The notes: generated from the letters alone by a model not told the origin. A stretch of DNA of 16,138 nucleotides from Candidatus Micrarchaeia archaeon (GCA_049964795.1 JBMFWY010000016.1:1-16138); one strand, 5' to 3'. Positions 1 through 8,397 are shown, numbered from the stretch's first letter. Translations and numbers: made by a program.

Positions 1-7
1 GCCCGAA

Positions 8-274
8 ATGACAGAGCTTCCAGAGCATATGCACTATGATACTACTGACAGCGACGCTGAAGCAATGCAACTGCTTGAAAATTCCATATATAGCTATCTG
101 TATTTCATGATGTTGTATTCAACAAGCCACGACCCCAAGATGCTTTTTGAAAGATGCATTGCTCTTGGCGCAAACAAAATGGAGTTCGAGGCGTTTAGCA
201 GGAGCTTTGCGCGCTCATACGAATATACCAAGAGAAAATATCTTGCAAGCCGCAGCGCAAAGCTAAGGCAGTGA
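8..274 (+). CDS. hypothetical protein (possibly 5'-truncated by the window edge)
   Basis: 88-aa ORF. The frame stays open upstream to the window edge (ccc gaa ATG). It converges on the Mrp gene with a 10-bp gap. No recognisable motif. Confidence 0.55.
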   Translation: MTELPEHMHYDTTDSDAEAMQLLENSIYSYLYFMMLYSTSHDPKMLFERCIALGANKMEFEAFSRSFARSYEYTKRKYLASRSAKLRQ

Positions 275-284
275 TGAATGATTG

Positions 285-1073
285 CTAGCGCGGAAGTTTT
301 GAAGCTATTCCAACAAATGCCTCTTTTATTGAAGGATCTTCAAGCACCGGTATCATGCCCTTGTCACTCATCTCGTTGAACTTCTCGCTCTTGCCTATCG
401 TGCCGAGCATCTCGCAGCCTAGTGCGTCCGCAACCTCTTTGCCGCCCATCGGCTCACCAGCAGACATGTTTTCAACAACTCCCAGTATTGCAATACCAAG
501 CCTCTTTGCCATATTGCCAGATCTTATTGCATTTACGCTTGCTATGTGTTGCGGAGTCGTGACAAGCACAAAGCCATCTAGGTCAAGCAGCTGCATTATA
601 GAAAGAGGTGCATCGCTTGTGCCAGGAGGCAGATCTATAATCAGGTAATCAAGGCTGCCCCATTCGGTATTCTCGAGAAATTCCCCTATCATCTTTGCAA
701 TAACAGGGCCCCTCCATATAATCGGTCTTTTGATGTCATCAAGGTACATTGCGGTGGAGATAACTTTTGCACCCTTTACTTCAAGAGGCCGCAAGGGGTA
801 ACTTTCATCACGCCTTGAATCGACCCCGAGGAAAAGGGTAAGGTTGGGGCAGTCTACATCTGCATCAAGTATTCCAACGCTGTAACCCATTTCCTTCAGT
901 GCAAAGGCAAGGTTGACAGATACCGTAGTTTTGCCCACGCCACCTTTTGCGCTGTATATGCCTATTTTATGCTTTATCCCCTTCAGCGCGTCCTTTACCC
1001 TTTTTTTCTGATCAAGAACCTTTAGAAATGATGGATGTGTAATATCGACATTAGTGTTCTGTTCTTCAGCCAT
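285..1073 (-). CDS. Mrp/NBP35/ApbC-family P-loop ATPase (SIMIBI class), lacking the C-terminal CxxC motif
   Basis: Deviant Walker A SAKGGVGKTT, LDADVDCPN, family signature IIWRGP, WGSLDYLIIDLPPGTSD, VTTPQ and GVVENMS. Start moved to the ATG at 1073 (MAEEQ; preceded by GTGGT) because the 1211 start overlaps the divergent gene. Confidence 0.9.
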   Translation of the reverse strand: MAEEQNTNVDITHPSFLKVLDQKKRVKDALKGIKHKIGIYSAKGGVGKTTVSVNLAFALKEMGYSVGILDADVDCPNLTLFLGVDSRRDESYPLRPLEVKGAKVISTAMYLDDIKRPIIWRGPVIAKMIGEFLENTEWGSLDYLIIDLPPGTSDAPLSIMQLLDLDGFVLVTTPQHIASVNAIRSGNMAKRLGIAILGVVENMSAGEPMGGKEVADALGCEMLGTIGKSEKFNEMSDKGMIPVLEDPSIKEAFVGIASKLPR

Positions 1074-1101
1074 ATAACCACATACAAGAGATGGTTGGAT
1101 T

Positions 1102-1115
1102 AGCTTTATATATTT
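1102..1115. promoter_or_regulatory. TATA-box element in the 61-bp divergent intergenic region, possibly bidirectional
   Basis: CTTTATATATTT lies about 25-30 bp from both divergent start codons (1073 and 1135). Confidence 0.5.
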
Positions 1116-1134
1116 GAGCACTTCATCTCTAAAC

Positions 1135-1575
1135 ATGGAGTACAAAATTTTTGTAGCATTGGCTTTGGTAATGGTGCTGCTTTCTTCAAGCTCCGGAATA
1201 CTAAGCGGCATAATACACTTCCTTCAGGGCTTATTCAATTCCAAAATATCATTGCTGCAGGCGCAGAAGCCTTCCCAACTCACCATATACTTCAACAATC
1301 CGCACCAGTACCTGCTTGGCCTTGGCAATTCCACAGTTATAAATTCCACCAACACCACAGTTGGCCTTGGCAATGGCTTTTATCAGTTTGACATAGGCGA
1401 CACGAGCGTTGTGGGCAACATGGCGCACACAAAAATGTACCTTTACAACATGTCAATCAACAATACGCATGCAATAATCTCCATAAAGGCCAATGATACC
1501 GTACAGTACCTAAATATAGGCAACGGCACTTTCTCAATATCAATGTATAAGGAGCTGCTTAACGGGTCCAACTGA
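1135..1575 (+). CDS. secreted or membrane-anchored surface protein, probably N-glycosylated
   Basis: ATG at 1135 gives the signal/anchor peptide MEYKIFVALALVMVLLSSSSG. The body is Asn/Thr/Gly-rich and beta-like, with 8 N-x-S/T sequons. Confidence 0.7.
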   Translation: MEYKIFVALALVMVLLSSSSGILSGIIHFLQGLFNSKISLLQAQKPSQLTIYFNNPHQYLLGLGNSTVINSTNTTVGLGNGFYQFDIGDTSVVGNMAHTKMYLYNMSINNTHAIISIKANDTVQYLNIGNGTFSISMYKELLNGSN

Positions 1576-1584
1576 AGTGCATGC

Positions 1585-2055
1585 ATGGCCACAATATACG
1601 TCTATACAGACGGTGCAGCAAGGGGTAATCCAGGTCCCAGCGCTTCGGGCTTTATAATAATGGAAGAAGGCAAGCAGGTGGCTCATGGAGAATTCTACAA
1701 TGGCATAGCTACCAACAATTTTGCTGAGTACAGTGCAGTGATAAAGGCATTGGAAGCGTGCGCTTCCCTGTACGATGCGAAAAATACCGATCTTGTAGTG
1801 ACATCAGATAGCGAAGTAGTGATTCGGCAGCTCAATGGCATTTACAAGATAAAATCCGAAAAGCTTCAGGAACTCAACAAGAGAGCAAGTTTGCTTGCAA
1901 CGAAGTTTAAGAGCGTCAAATTTGAAAATGCCAGGCGTACAAGCAGATTTATAAGCATGGTTGACAAGGCGATAAACGGCCTTTTGGACAAGGTAGGTGA
2001 GCAAAAGCGTCCGTTAAAACAAGACGGCAAAAAGGCGTCAAGCAAAAATATTTAG
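1585..2055 (+). CDS. rnhA: ribonuclease HI (archaeal type)
   Basis: YTDGAARGNPGP, TNNFAEY, SDSEVVIRQLNGIYKIKS and a C-terminal Asp (MVDKA) supply the D-E-D-D acidic set. Confidence 0.92.
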   Translation: MATIYVYTDGAARGNPGPSASGFIIMEEGKQVAHGEFYNGIATNNFAEYSAVIKALEACASLYDAKNTDLVVTSDSEVVIRQLNGIYKIKSEKLQELNKRASLLATKFKSVKFENARRTSRFISMVDKAINGLLDKVGEQKRPLKQDGKKASSKNI

Positions 2056-2117
2056 ATTATATATGAGAATTTAAACTTGTATAAGTTTGTATAATAAAGG
2101 AATTATAGAGGATTGAA

Positions 2118-3641
2118 ATGTCTGAAGATCAGGGCAATGCTTCACCGGGTGATGTAAAGCCAGCCGTTAATCCAGAGGCAAAAGAGCACTGGAAGAAAGG
2201 CAATCAGCTGTTTGAGGAGAGCAAGTTCGATGAAGCAGTGCAGGAATATAGCGAGGCGCTGAAGATCGATAGCAGCTATGCCGATGCATATTTTAACAGG
2301 GCGCTTACTGAGCGCGTAAAAGGCGACTTCATAAGTGCCAAAAAGGATCTTGAGAAGGTCATGGAACTTCAGCCAAAAACGCCTGATGCTCCGTTGCTGA
2401 TGGGCGACATAGCAGAATCGAACAGTGATTTTATAGGGGCAAGATACTGGTATGAAAAGGCGCTTGCCAGCGATCCAAACTATGCTGAAGCAAAGAACCG
2501 GCTTGAGCATATAGATTCGCTTATACATTTCAGCGAGCCTTCAGAAGGCAAATCAGGCTCGCAGATAGAAGTTCAGAAGCTCAACCAGCAGGAGGAAAAG
2601 GAGGTAATAGAGGAAGGTCAGATAAAGCGCCTGCCATTTTACAAATCCAACATAAAGTTCGATGCGGTGATAGGGCTCAAGAAGGCAAAGGAATACCTGC
2701 AGAACAACATAGTGCTTGCAATAATAAGGCCCGACCTGTTCAAGAAATACGGCAAGAAGATGGGCATTGGCTTGCTCCTGTACGGACCGCCTGGCACTGG
2801 CAAAACCCACATAATAAATGCCGTTGCAGGAGAAGCCGGCGCAAATGTAATACTTGCGAGGATTAACCAGATTGTTGACATGTATACCGGCAATACAGAG
2901 AAGAACCTCCACGCCATATTCGAGCAGGCGAGAAAGAACACGCCATGTGTAATAGCGTTTGACGAGGTTGACGCTCTTGGCGTAAAGAGAAGCGGAGGTG
3001 GAGAAGGCGGCGAAAGCTCTGCGATGAGGCTTGCTGTCAACCAGTTTCTAGTAGAGATGAACGGGATAGAAGCAAATCCAGAGGGAATTTACGTTATCGG
3101 TACGACAAACCAGCCTTGGGACATAGATCCTGCGCTCAAGAGGAGCGGAAGGTTTAGCGATACGCTGTACATAGGTCCTCCTTCATATAAGGACAGGAAG
3201 GCAATGTTCAAGTTCTATGTGCGCAATAAGCCCCACAAGAACCTTGCATGGGGAAGGCTTGCACGTGCCACGACAGGGTTCTCAGGCGCAGACATAGAGC
3301 AGCTTGTCGAAAAAGCAATAATGAGGCCGCTGCTGCATGAGTATGAGACAAAGCAGGGGCGTGAGCTTACGACCAAGGACATACTTGCAGTATTCAAAGA
3401 CAAGGATTTTGGGGGCAGCTCCCTTGACGAATGGTACCAAATGGTAAAGAAGGATGTAATAAGCAAGACCGAAACGCAGATAGTCGATGGCAAGAAGCAG
3501 GAGATAGTAAAGGAAGGCAAGCTCGATGCGCAGGAGAAGATATTATACAAGGCAATGGTTAAAGATATAAAAAAGAACACGTCAAGTATAAGGATACTGA
3601 TGAAAAAGCTTATCAGGTGGTGGGCACTCCACCTATTCTGA
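2118..3641 (+). CDS. TPR-repeat-containing classical AAA ATPase (single AAA module)
   Basis: About 3 TPRs at aa ~21-130 (GNQLFEESKFDEAVQEYSEALKID; AYFNRA...AKKDLEKVMELQP; MGDIAE...YEKALASDP). Walker A GPPGTGKT, pore loop DMYTG, Walker B IAFDEVD, SRH TTNQPWDIDPALKRSGRF and GFSGADI. GAGGA RBS upstream; T-tract after the stop. Confidence 0.92.
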   Translation: MSEDQGNASPGDVKPAVNPEAKEHWKKGNQLFEESKFDEAVQEYSEALKIDSSYADAYFNRALTERVKGDFISAKKDLEKVMELQPKTPDAPLLMGDIAESNSDFIGARYWYEKALASDPNYAEAKNRLEHIDSLIHFSEPSEGKSGSQIEVQKLNQQEEKEVIEEGQIKRLPFYKSNIKFDAVIGLKKAKEYLQNNIVLAIIRPDLFKKYGKKMGIGLLLYGPPGTGKTHIINAVAGEAGANVILARINQIVDMYTGNTEKNLHAIFEQARKNTPCVIAFDEVDALGVKRSGGGEGGESSAMRLAVNQFLVEMNGIEANPEGIYVIGTTNQPWDIDPALKRSGRFSDTLYIGPPSYKDRKAMFKFYVRNKPHKNLAWGRLARATTGFSGADIEQLVEKAIMRPLLHEYETKQGRELTTKDILAVFKDKDFGGSSLDEWYQMVKKDVISKTETQIVDGKKQEIVKEGKLDAQEKILYKAMVKDIKKNTSSIRILMKKLIRWWALHLF

Positions 3642-3689
3642 TTTTTGAATATTTATAATGAAAAATCTTGTGCATATGTGCCAGGATTG

Positions 3690-4250
3690 TCAAGCCTTCA
3701 TTTCGGCCTTCTTCAAGCCCCTCTTGTATGCGGCATGAGTTATGAAGAAGGCAACAAGCACTGCAGCAAGCACGATTATCATAGCATTGCCCCTGTCATT
3801 CCTGTCGCCTTTTAGTATCCCGACGGCGCTTCTGAAGCCTTCCGCATATATCGCTATGTCCCACACAAGCGCGATTGTGTTGTATATTGCAAGAAATATA
3901 CTCATAAAATTGCGTCTTTTTGCTGCAACCATAATGGATTGTATCGTTATTACGGTGCCAAATCCTATAATGAGCAATCCAAATACCAGGAAATTGAAGG
4001 CCATCGCGTATTCGACAACCCCTGGCCCAACGTAGCCGACCGCGTATGAGAGCAGGCTTATCACTATTATCATCACATAGGTTATTCCAACGAAGCCCAA
4101 GCCCAGCCCCGCATATGATGCTACAAGGCTAAAGCTCCCTTTGTCTGCCTTCCTCAGAATGCCTATGTTATAACCGCTTGCATAGGCGTCCCATACCGAT
4201 ATTACAAAATCGAAAATAAGTATTAACGCAGCTATTATACCTCCGAGCAT
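3690..4250 (-). CDS. uncharacterised integral membrane protein (~5 TM helices)
   Basis: Five hydrophobic segments separated by short basic loops. TTTAATA TATA-like element upstream on the minus strand. Confidence 0.8.
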   Translation of the reverse strand: MLGGIIAALILIFDFVISVWDAYASGYNIGILRKADKGSFSLVASYAGLGLGFVGITYVMIIVISLLSYAVGYVGPGVVEYAMAFNFLVFGLLIIGFGTVITIQSIMVAAKRRNFMSIFLAIYNTIALVWDIAIYAEGFRSAVGILKGDRNDRGNAMIIVLAAVLVAFFITHAAYKRGLKKAEMKA

Positions 4251-4385
4251 ATAAATCCATGTTATTAGGGCAATAAAGTATTAAATAACTTTTTGGGATT
4301 TTGGCCCATTACAACTGCCAGCAACTAGCTAACAAACCTATTTATAAATTGCTGACCATTTATAATTGCTAATTTTGTGGTTACA

Positions 4386-5483
4386 ATGGATGTGAGTGGA
4401 GAGATTGTAAGCATGTTTATCTATGATTGCGGGGTCAAGTTCAGCGAGGAGCAGCTGAAGGGCCTTCTAAAGAACCAGGAGGAGTTTTCGCACTACGAAT
4501 ATACACATCCTTCTCCAGAAGAGATTGCAACATTTAGCGAGCCTTCGATATTCAACCTCAAGGACATAGTATATGATGCAGGCCAGAATTCTGAACAGAT
4601 AAGATTCAAGGTGCAGGTTTCCATTTATGTAACTGGTATATTCTCCATAAGGTTCAGATACCAGTTTAATGGCCCCATAACTGTGATGCAGAAGCTTACC
4701 TTTGACAAGGGTATAAAGGATTTCCTTGTCGCAGCCTCCGCAAAGGAGCGCGCCAAAGTGGAGAAAGCGCTTTCCCGTATATCCCAAATAAGTGCGAGCA
4801 CCATAAACGAAGCTTATAGGTTCTATTTTATAAATACAGACAAGCGCAAACTTGCCGAGAAAGACAAAAAGATGATAGCTGGATTGCTGATAGATGAGCA
4901 GAATACTGATATGCTTTCAAATTCATACATAGAGGAAGTTACAAAAAGGAGCATAATATACAATGATGACGACATAATATATGTTGGATGGGAAGGCGCA
5001 GTGATGGTCGATACTGAAAACGCGTACGAGCAGGAGCTTACCGTTACAGAAATAGCAAATGCGCAGCTCCTCGAGATGCGCATCTACTATGATTCCATCT
5101 CAAAGACCATTACGCATGCAGAATCCTTATTACCTTCAATGCTCACTCTGTCAAAGCGTGGCAAGCTTAAAAGGCTCAATATGGAGCTTGGAAGGTTCTA
5201 CGGCAGGACGCAGGACATGATGAATACCGCAAATGATACAATTGTGGGATTTGGAGAATGGTACCTATCAAGGCTTTACGCGTTGTATGATGATGCGTTC
5301 AAGCTCGGCTTCTGGCGTGCTTCCCTGGAGAAGCAGCTTGACATACTTGACAAAAGGCGCAATTTTATAGCGGATGTGCTAAGGAGCCAGTGGGACGAGG
5401 TGCTCGAGTGGATTGTCATACTTCTCATAGTTGTAGAAGTTGTTGTGGAAGTGTTATTCCTTGCAGGTGTAAAGCCTCTCTAA
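4386..5483 (+). CDS. RMD1/DUF155-like protein with a C-terminal TM helix
   Basis: C-terminal LEWIVILLIVVEVV resembles the RMD1-family LEWIIIxLIxxE motif and follows a long helical region (LSRLYALYDDAFKLGFWRASLEKQL). ATG 4386, preceded by GTGGT, is preferred over GTG 4377. Confidence 0.65.
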   Translation: MDVSGEIVSMFIYDCGVKFSEEQLKGLLKNQEEFSHYEYTHPSPEEIATFSEPSIFNLKDIVYDAGQNSEQIRFKVQVSIYVTGIFSIRFRYQFNGPITVMQKLTFDKGIKDFLVAASAKERAKVEKALSRISQISASTINEAYRFYFINTDKRKLAEKDKKMIAGLLIDEQNTDMLSNSYIEEVTKRSIIYNDDDIIYVGWEGAVMVDTENAYEQELTVTEIANAQLLEMRIYYDSISKTITHAESLLPSMLTLSKRGKLKRLNMELGRFYGRTQDMMNTANDTIVGFGEWYLSRLYALYDDAFKLGFWRASLEKQLDILDKRRNFIADVLRSQWDEVLEWIVILLIVVEVVVEVLFLAGVKPL

Positions 5484-5534
5484 GCAATGTAATGCCTGCA
5501 AATATCAGAAGCAGAAGCATAGATTTTGAGCATG

Positions 5535-8267
5535 CTAATCCATGTTATGAGATTTGCCAAGGTTTGCAGTCATAAGCTTTTTATCAAGTTTGCCCCTAAG
5601 CAGGTCAAAGTTGTCCTTCATGAACGCTTTCAGCAACGGCTCTGTCTTTACCGCTTTTACCTCATTCCCATTTACTATGAGCTCAGCATACACGCCGCCC
5701 TTCAAACCGTCATCTACAGGTATGTTTATCCTGTTTAGGTATGGATTGCTTTCAGAATCCTGCATTGCAGGTGCTGTTACAATGAACCTGCTTCCTGTGT
5801 CAACATCGCTAAACTGGTGTATGTGGCCATTGACAACAAGCTTTGTTTTGCTGTCGTCTCTTGCCCTCTCTGCAGTTCTTGCAAGCCCACTTATCCTTCT
5901 TCCGCCTTCATGCTCTGCCCTTATGCGCATGAAATCCTTGGCATCTTTGTAGTCAACGCTTACCACGTCACCGCCATATTCGCTGCCAGGTATAATTTTC
6001 ATGTTTGAAATGAGCTTTTCAGCGCGTTCCCCTGCCCTGCCTTTGATGTAGCTTTCGAACACGCTGCCAAGCCTTGTGGCTTCGTCGTACTGCCAACCTC
6101 CTGTGGTCTTGTTGTAGTGGTTGCCAGAAACTATTATGGCAATGCCCCCTTTTGCAAGTACTTCATATACAAGTCCGCTGGTATAATCGGCAAAGACCTT
6201 TGACTGTTCCTCAATGTTCTGTATTACCTTAAACCTGTCCTCTTCCATTACCTCGGCCATGAAGCTATCTATAAATGCGCTATCATAGCCCATCCCCTCA
6301 AGTTCTTCCCTCATGCTTTCATGATAGCCTATTTTGCTAACCTCTCTGGGCACATTCTTGAAGTTGTTGTAGTTTCCCTCTATGTTGTCCCCTGCAAGGA
6401 CGAGAACATCTATCTGCTTCTCCGAGAGTTTTTCAACAACCTTGCCAAGCAGGCGCAGATCAGCGTAATTGCCAACGTGTACATCGCTTATGACCCCAAG
6501 GTGTATGCTCTTGGTGCCTTTTTCTGTTTTTTCATACTTTACAAGCGACTTTATAAAATTTTCATCAACGAAATTTTGAGCAAGATCGTCTTGTTTCATC
6601 TCTGAAGGCAGTTTGGCCTTTAATACGGACATCTCCAGCTCTTCCTTGCTGCCCAAACTGTTTCCATTCTTTGGTGCGTTCTTTGCTTCACGCATATTAT
6701 CCAATACACTGTGCATATTGGCAAGCTCTTTTGCATACCTTATTGAAGAATAAACGCCAAGCAATTTGTCTGTAAGGTCTGTGTGCACAATGCCCTCCTT
6801 CTCTACCCTTAGGAGATGCGCGCCTACGCCTATAGGCCCTTTCTGTGTTGCCGTTGTAACATCTGTCCTATAACCCCTGTCTGCCAGCTCTGATGCTTTC
6901 TTCTTGTCCCAGAATGGCCCGCATGCAAGAGCCGCTGTTATGGGTCCTCTGTTTACCATGGGTTCAAGAGTAAAAGAGGAATGCATGTTGTGGCCCGAAA
7001 TCAATATGTTAATGCTCTGCGCTTCAGCATCATACTCTTCCAAGCCGTTTTCGGTGCGCATGTACAATTTTTCTATTATTGAATCATTGCTTTTCGTGCT
7101 GTACCTGCTTTGCGTTCCCATTACTGCAATGTTTAGCATTCCTCCTCTGAACTTTTTCTCGTACACCTCGAAATTGGAATAGAAGCTTTCAATGCTACTA
7201 TTAGCTTGTGTGCCATCTGCGCTTTCAAACCTCGATTGTACGATTATCCTGCGCCTAAATCCGAATGTATAGTCTATGAGCTCCTTGTAATAGGCGCTTA
7301 CATACCTTTCTATGAGCGAAGCGGCTTCCCTGTCTGGCAGCGCGTTGTGCGTATATAGCAGTGCCTGCTTTATCTTTGCGGTTTCCTTTGTTTTTGCCTC
7401 CTTCTCTAGCGCTTCCTTGTGTCTTTTTGTGAGTCTACTTATCGCATTTGCCACCTTCTTAGCCTTTTCAGAAAGCTTCAAGTATTCTTCAGTATCTTCT
7501 TTTCCAAGGCCTGCCAGGGCGTCGTTTATTTCTTTCTGCTTGTCCATCTCTTTATCTAGAATTTCCTTTACCTTTTTGGCAGAGGTGCGCTGCAGCGCGT
7601 TCAAGTAAAGCCTTTCCAATGGCTTAATCATATTTGACAAATCGTTGTATTCGTTGAGCCTCTGCTGTATTTTTATCTTAAGGTTGGTTTTCTCCTTAAT
7701 GAGCTCCTGGTTTTTTGGATCTCCTTTCAACTGCTCCATGAGCTTTGAATATGAGGTCTTTGCAACCTTTATTATTGCACTTACTCCAGCAATCTCCTCG
7801 TTTACCTCGTCTATGCGCTTCTTCAGGCTGTCGATGTAAAACAGGTATTCTTCCGCGACTTTTCTTTCAAGCGTTTTTTTGTTTGCCCAGTCCTCCGGGC
7901 CCAAGGTGTAGATTATCTTGGCATATGAAGGCAGCTCTCCAAGTATCCTTATCATGTCTGGCTTCATCGTTGCAGCAGCATCGTCAACGCTGTCAACACC
8001 TTTCTCCAAGACTTTTATCTTGTATATGCTTTGCACCGAGCCCTGCTTCGGTATTTCTGGAAATAGTCCCCCTATTATGACCATCAAATCGGGCTTCTCG
8101 TACGGCTCTAGTCTATGTAAGTATTCTGCGAGGCCAACAAGATTGTCCTTGCTTTTGTACAGCGTTCCGCCACCTATATCAGAAATAATGAGTGTGCTAA
8201 AGTGCTTTTTTCCCTTATCAAAAATCTCTCTCTTATCATTATGGAAATCGACCGAAGTTCCCCCCAC
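5535..8267 (-). CDS. 910-aa tandem calcineurin-like metallophosphoesterase (degenerate N-terminal domain with coiled-coil insert; intact C-terminal domain)
   Basis: C-domain motifs: ISDVHVG (D595/H597), LAGDNIEG, SGNHY, AEH, NGHIH. Degenerate N-domain equivalents: IISDIGGG, IIGGLFPE, LGPED, ISGHNMH. K/E-rich heptad region at aa ~130-305. GTG start with GGGG RBS and a TTTAAAAA box upstream. Confidence 0.8.
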   Translation of the reverse strand: MGGTSVDFHNDKREIFDKGKKHFSTLIISDIGGGTLYKSKDNLVGLAEYLHRLEPYEKPDLMVIIGGLFPEIPKQGSVQSIYKIKVLEKGVDSVDDAAATMKPDMIRILGELPSYAKIIYTLGPEDWANKKTLERKVAEEYLFYIDSLKKRIDEVNEEIAGVSAIIKVAKTSYSKLMEQLKGDPKNQELIKEKTNLKIKIQQRLNEYNDLSNMIKPLERLYLNALQRTSAKKVKEILDKEMDKQKEINDALAGLGKEDTEEYLKLSEKAKKVANAISRLTKRHKEALEKEAKTKETAKIKQALLYTHNALPDREAASLIERYVSAYYKELIDYTFGFRRRIIVQSRFESADGTQANSSIESFYSNFEVYEKKFRGGMLNIAVMGTQSRYSTKSNDSIIEKLYMRTENGLEEYDAEAQSINILISGHNMHSSFTLEPMVNRGPITAALACGPFWDKKKASELADRGYRTDVTTATQKGPIGVGAHLLRVEKEGIVHTDLTDKLLGVYSSIRYAKELANMHSVLDNMREAKNAPKNGNSLGSKEELEMSVLKAKLPSEMKQDDLAQNFVDENFIKSLVKYEKTEKGTKSIHLGVISDVHVGNYADLRLLGKVVEKLSEKQIDVLVLAGDNIEGNYNNFKNVPREVSKIGYHESMREELEGMGYDSAFIDSFMAEVMEEDRFKVIQNIEEQSKVFADYTSGLVYEVLAKGGIAIIVSGNHYNKTTGGWQYDEATRLGSVFESYIKGRAGERAEKLISNMKIIPGSEYGGDVVSVDYKDAKDFMRIRAEHEGGRRISGLARTAERARDDSKTKLVVNGHIHQFSDVDTGSRFIVTAPAMQDSESNPYLNRINIPVDDGLKGGVYAELIVNGNEVKAVKTEPLLKAFMKDNFDLLRGKLDKKLMTANLGKSHNMD

Positions 8268-8340
8268 TACGTCGCCCCTATTAATTATTATGTTTGGCGT
8301 TAACCTTTTTAAACCATGATTAATGCGCAGCCATATCTCA

Positions 8341-8356
8341 TTACAACAGGTTGTAA
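8341..8356. promoter_or_regulatory. inverted repeat, candidate operator
   Basis: TTACAAC-ag-GTTGTAA: perfect 7-bp arms in the divergent intergenic region. Confidence 0.4.
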
Positions 8357-8397
8357 AAGCCTACACAAAAATATACTTTGCTTTTTGTCTAACCAAT

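Noticed and set aside
1074-1211. 46-aa N-terminal extension of the Mrp ORF in the track
   Set aside because: It overlaps the divergent gene and the shared TATA box; ATG 1073 has an RBS-like motif and gives a normal-length protein.
2118-3641. Calling the ATPase CdvC/Vps4, CDC48 or FtsH
   Set aside because: It has TPRs rather than an MIT domain, a single AAA module, no protease domain and no ESCRT-III neighbours.
5535-8267. Calling the 910-aa protein PolD DP1 or an Mre11-Rad50 fusion
   Set aside because: No evident OB-fold region as in DP1, and no Walker A/B, ABC signature or zinc hook as in Rad50; only motif-level similarity.
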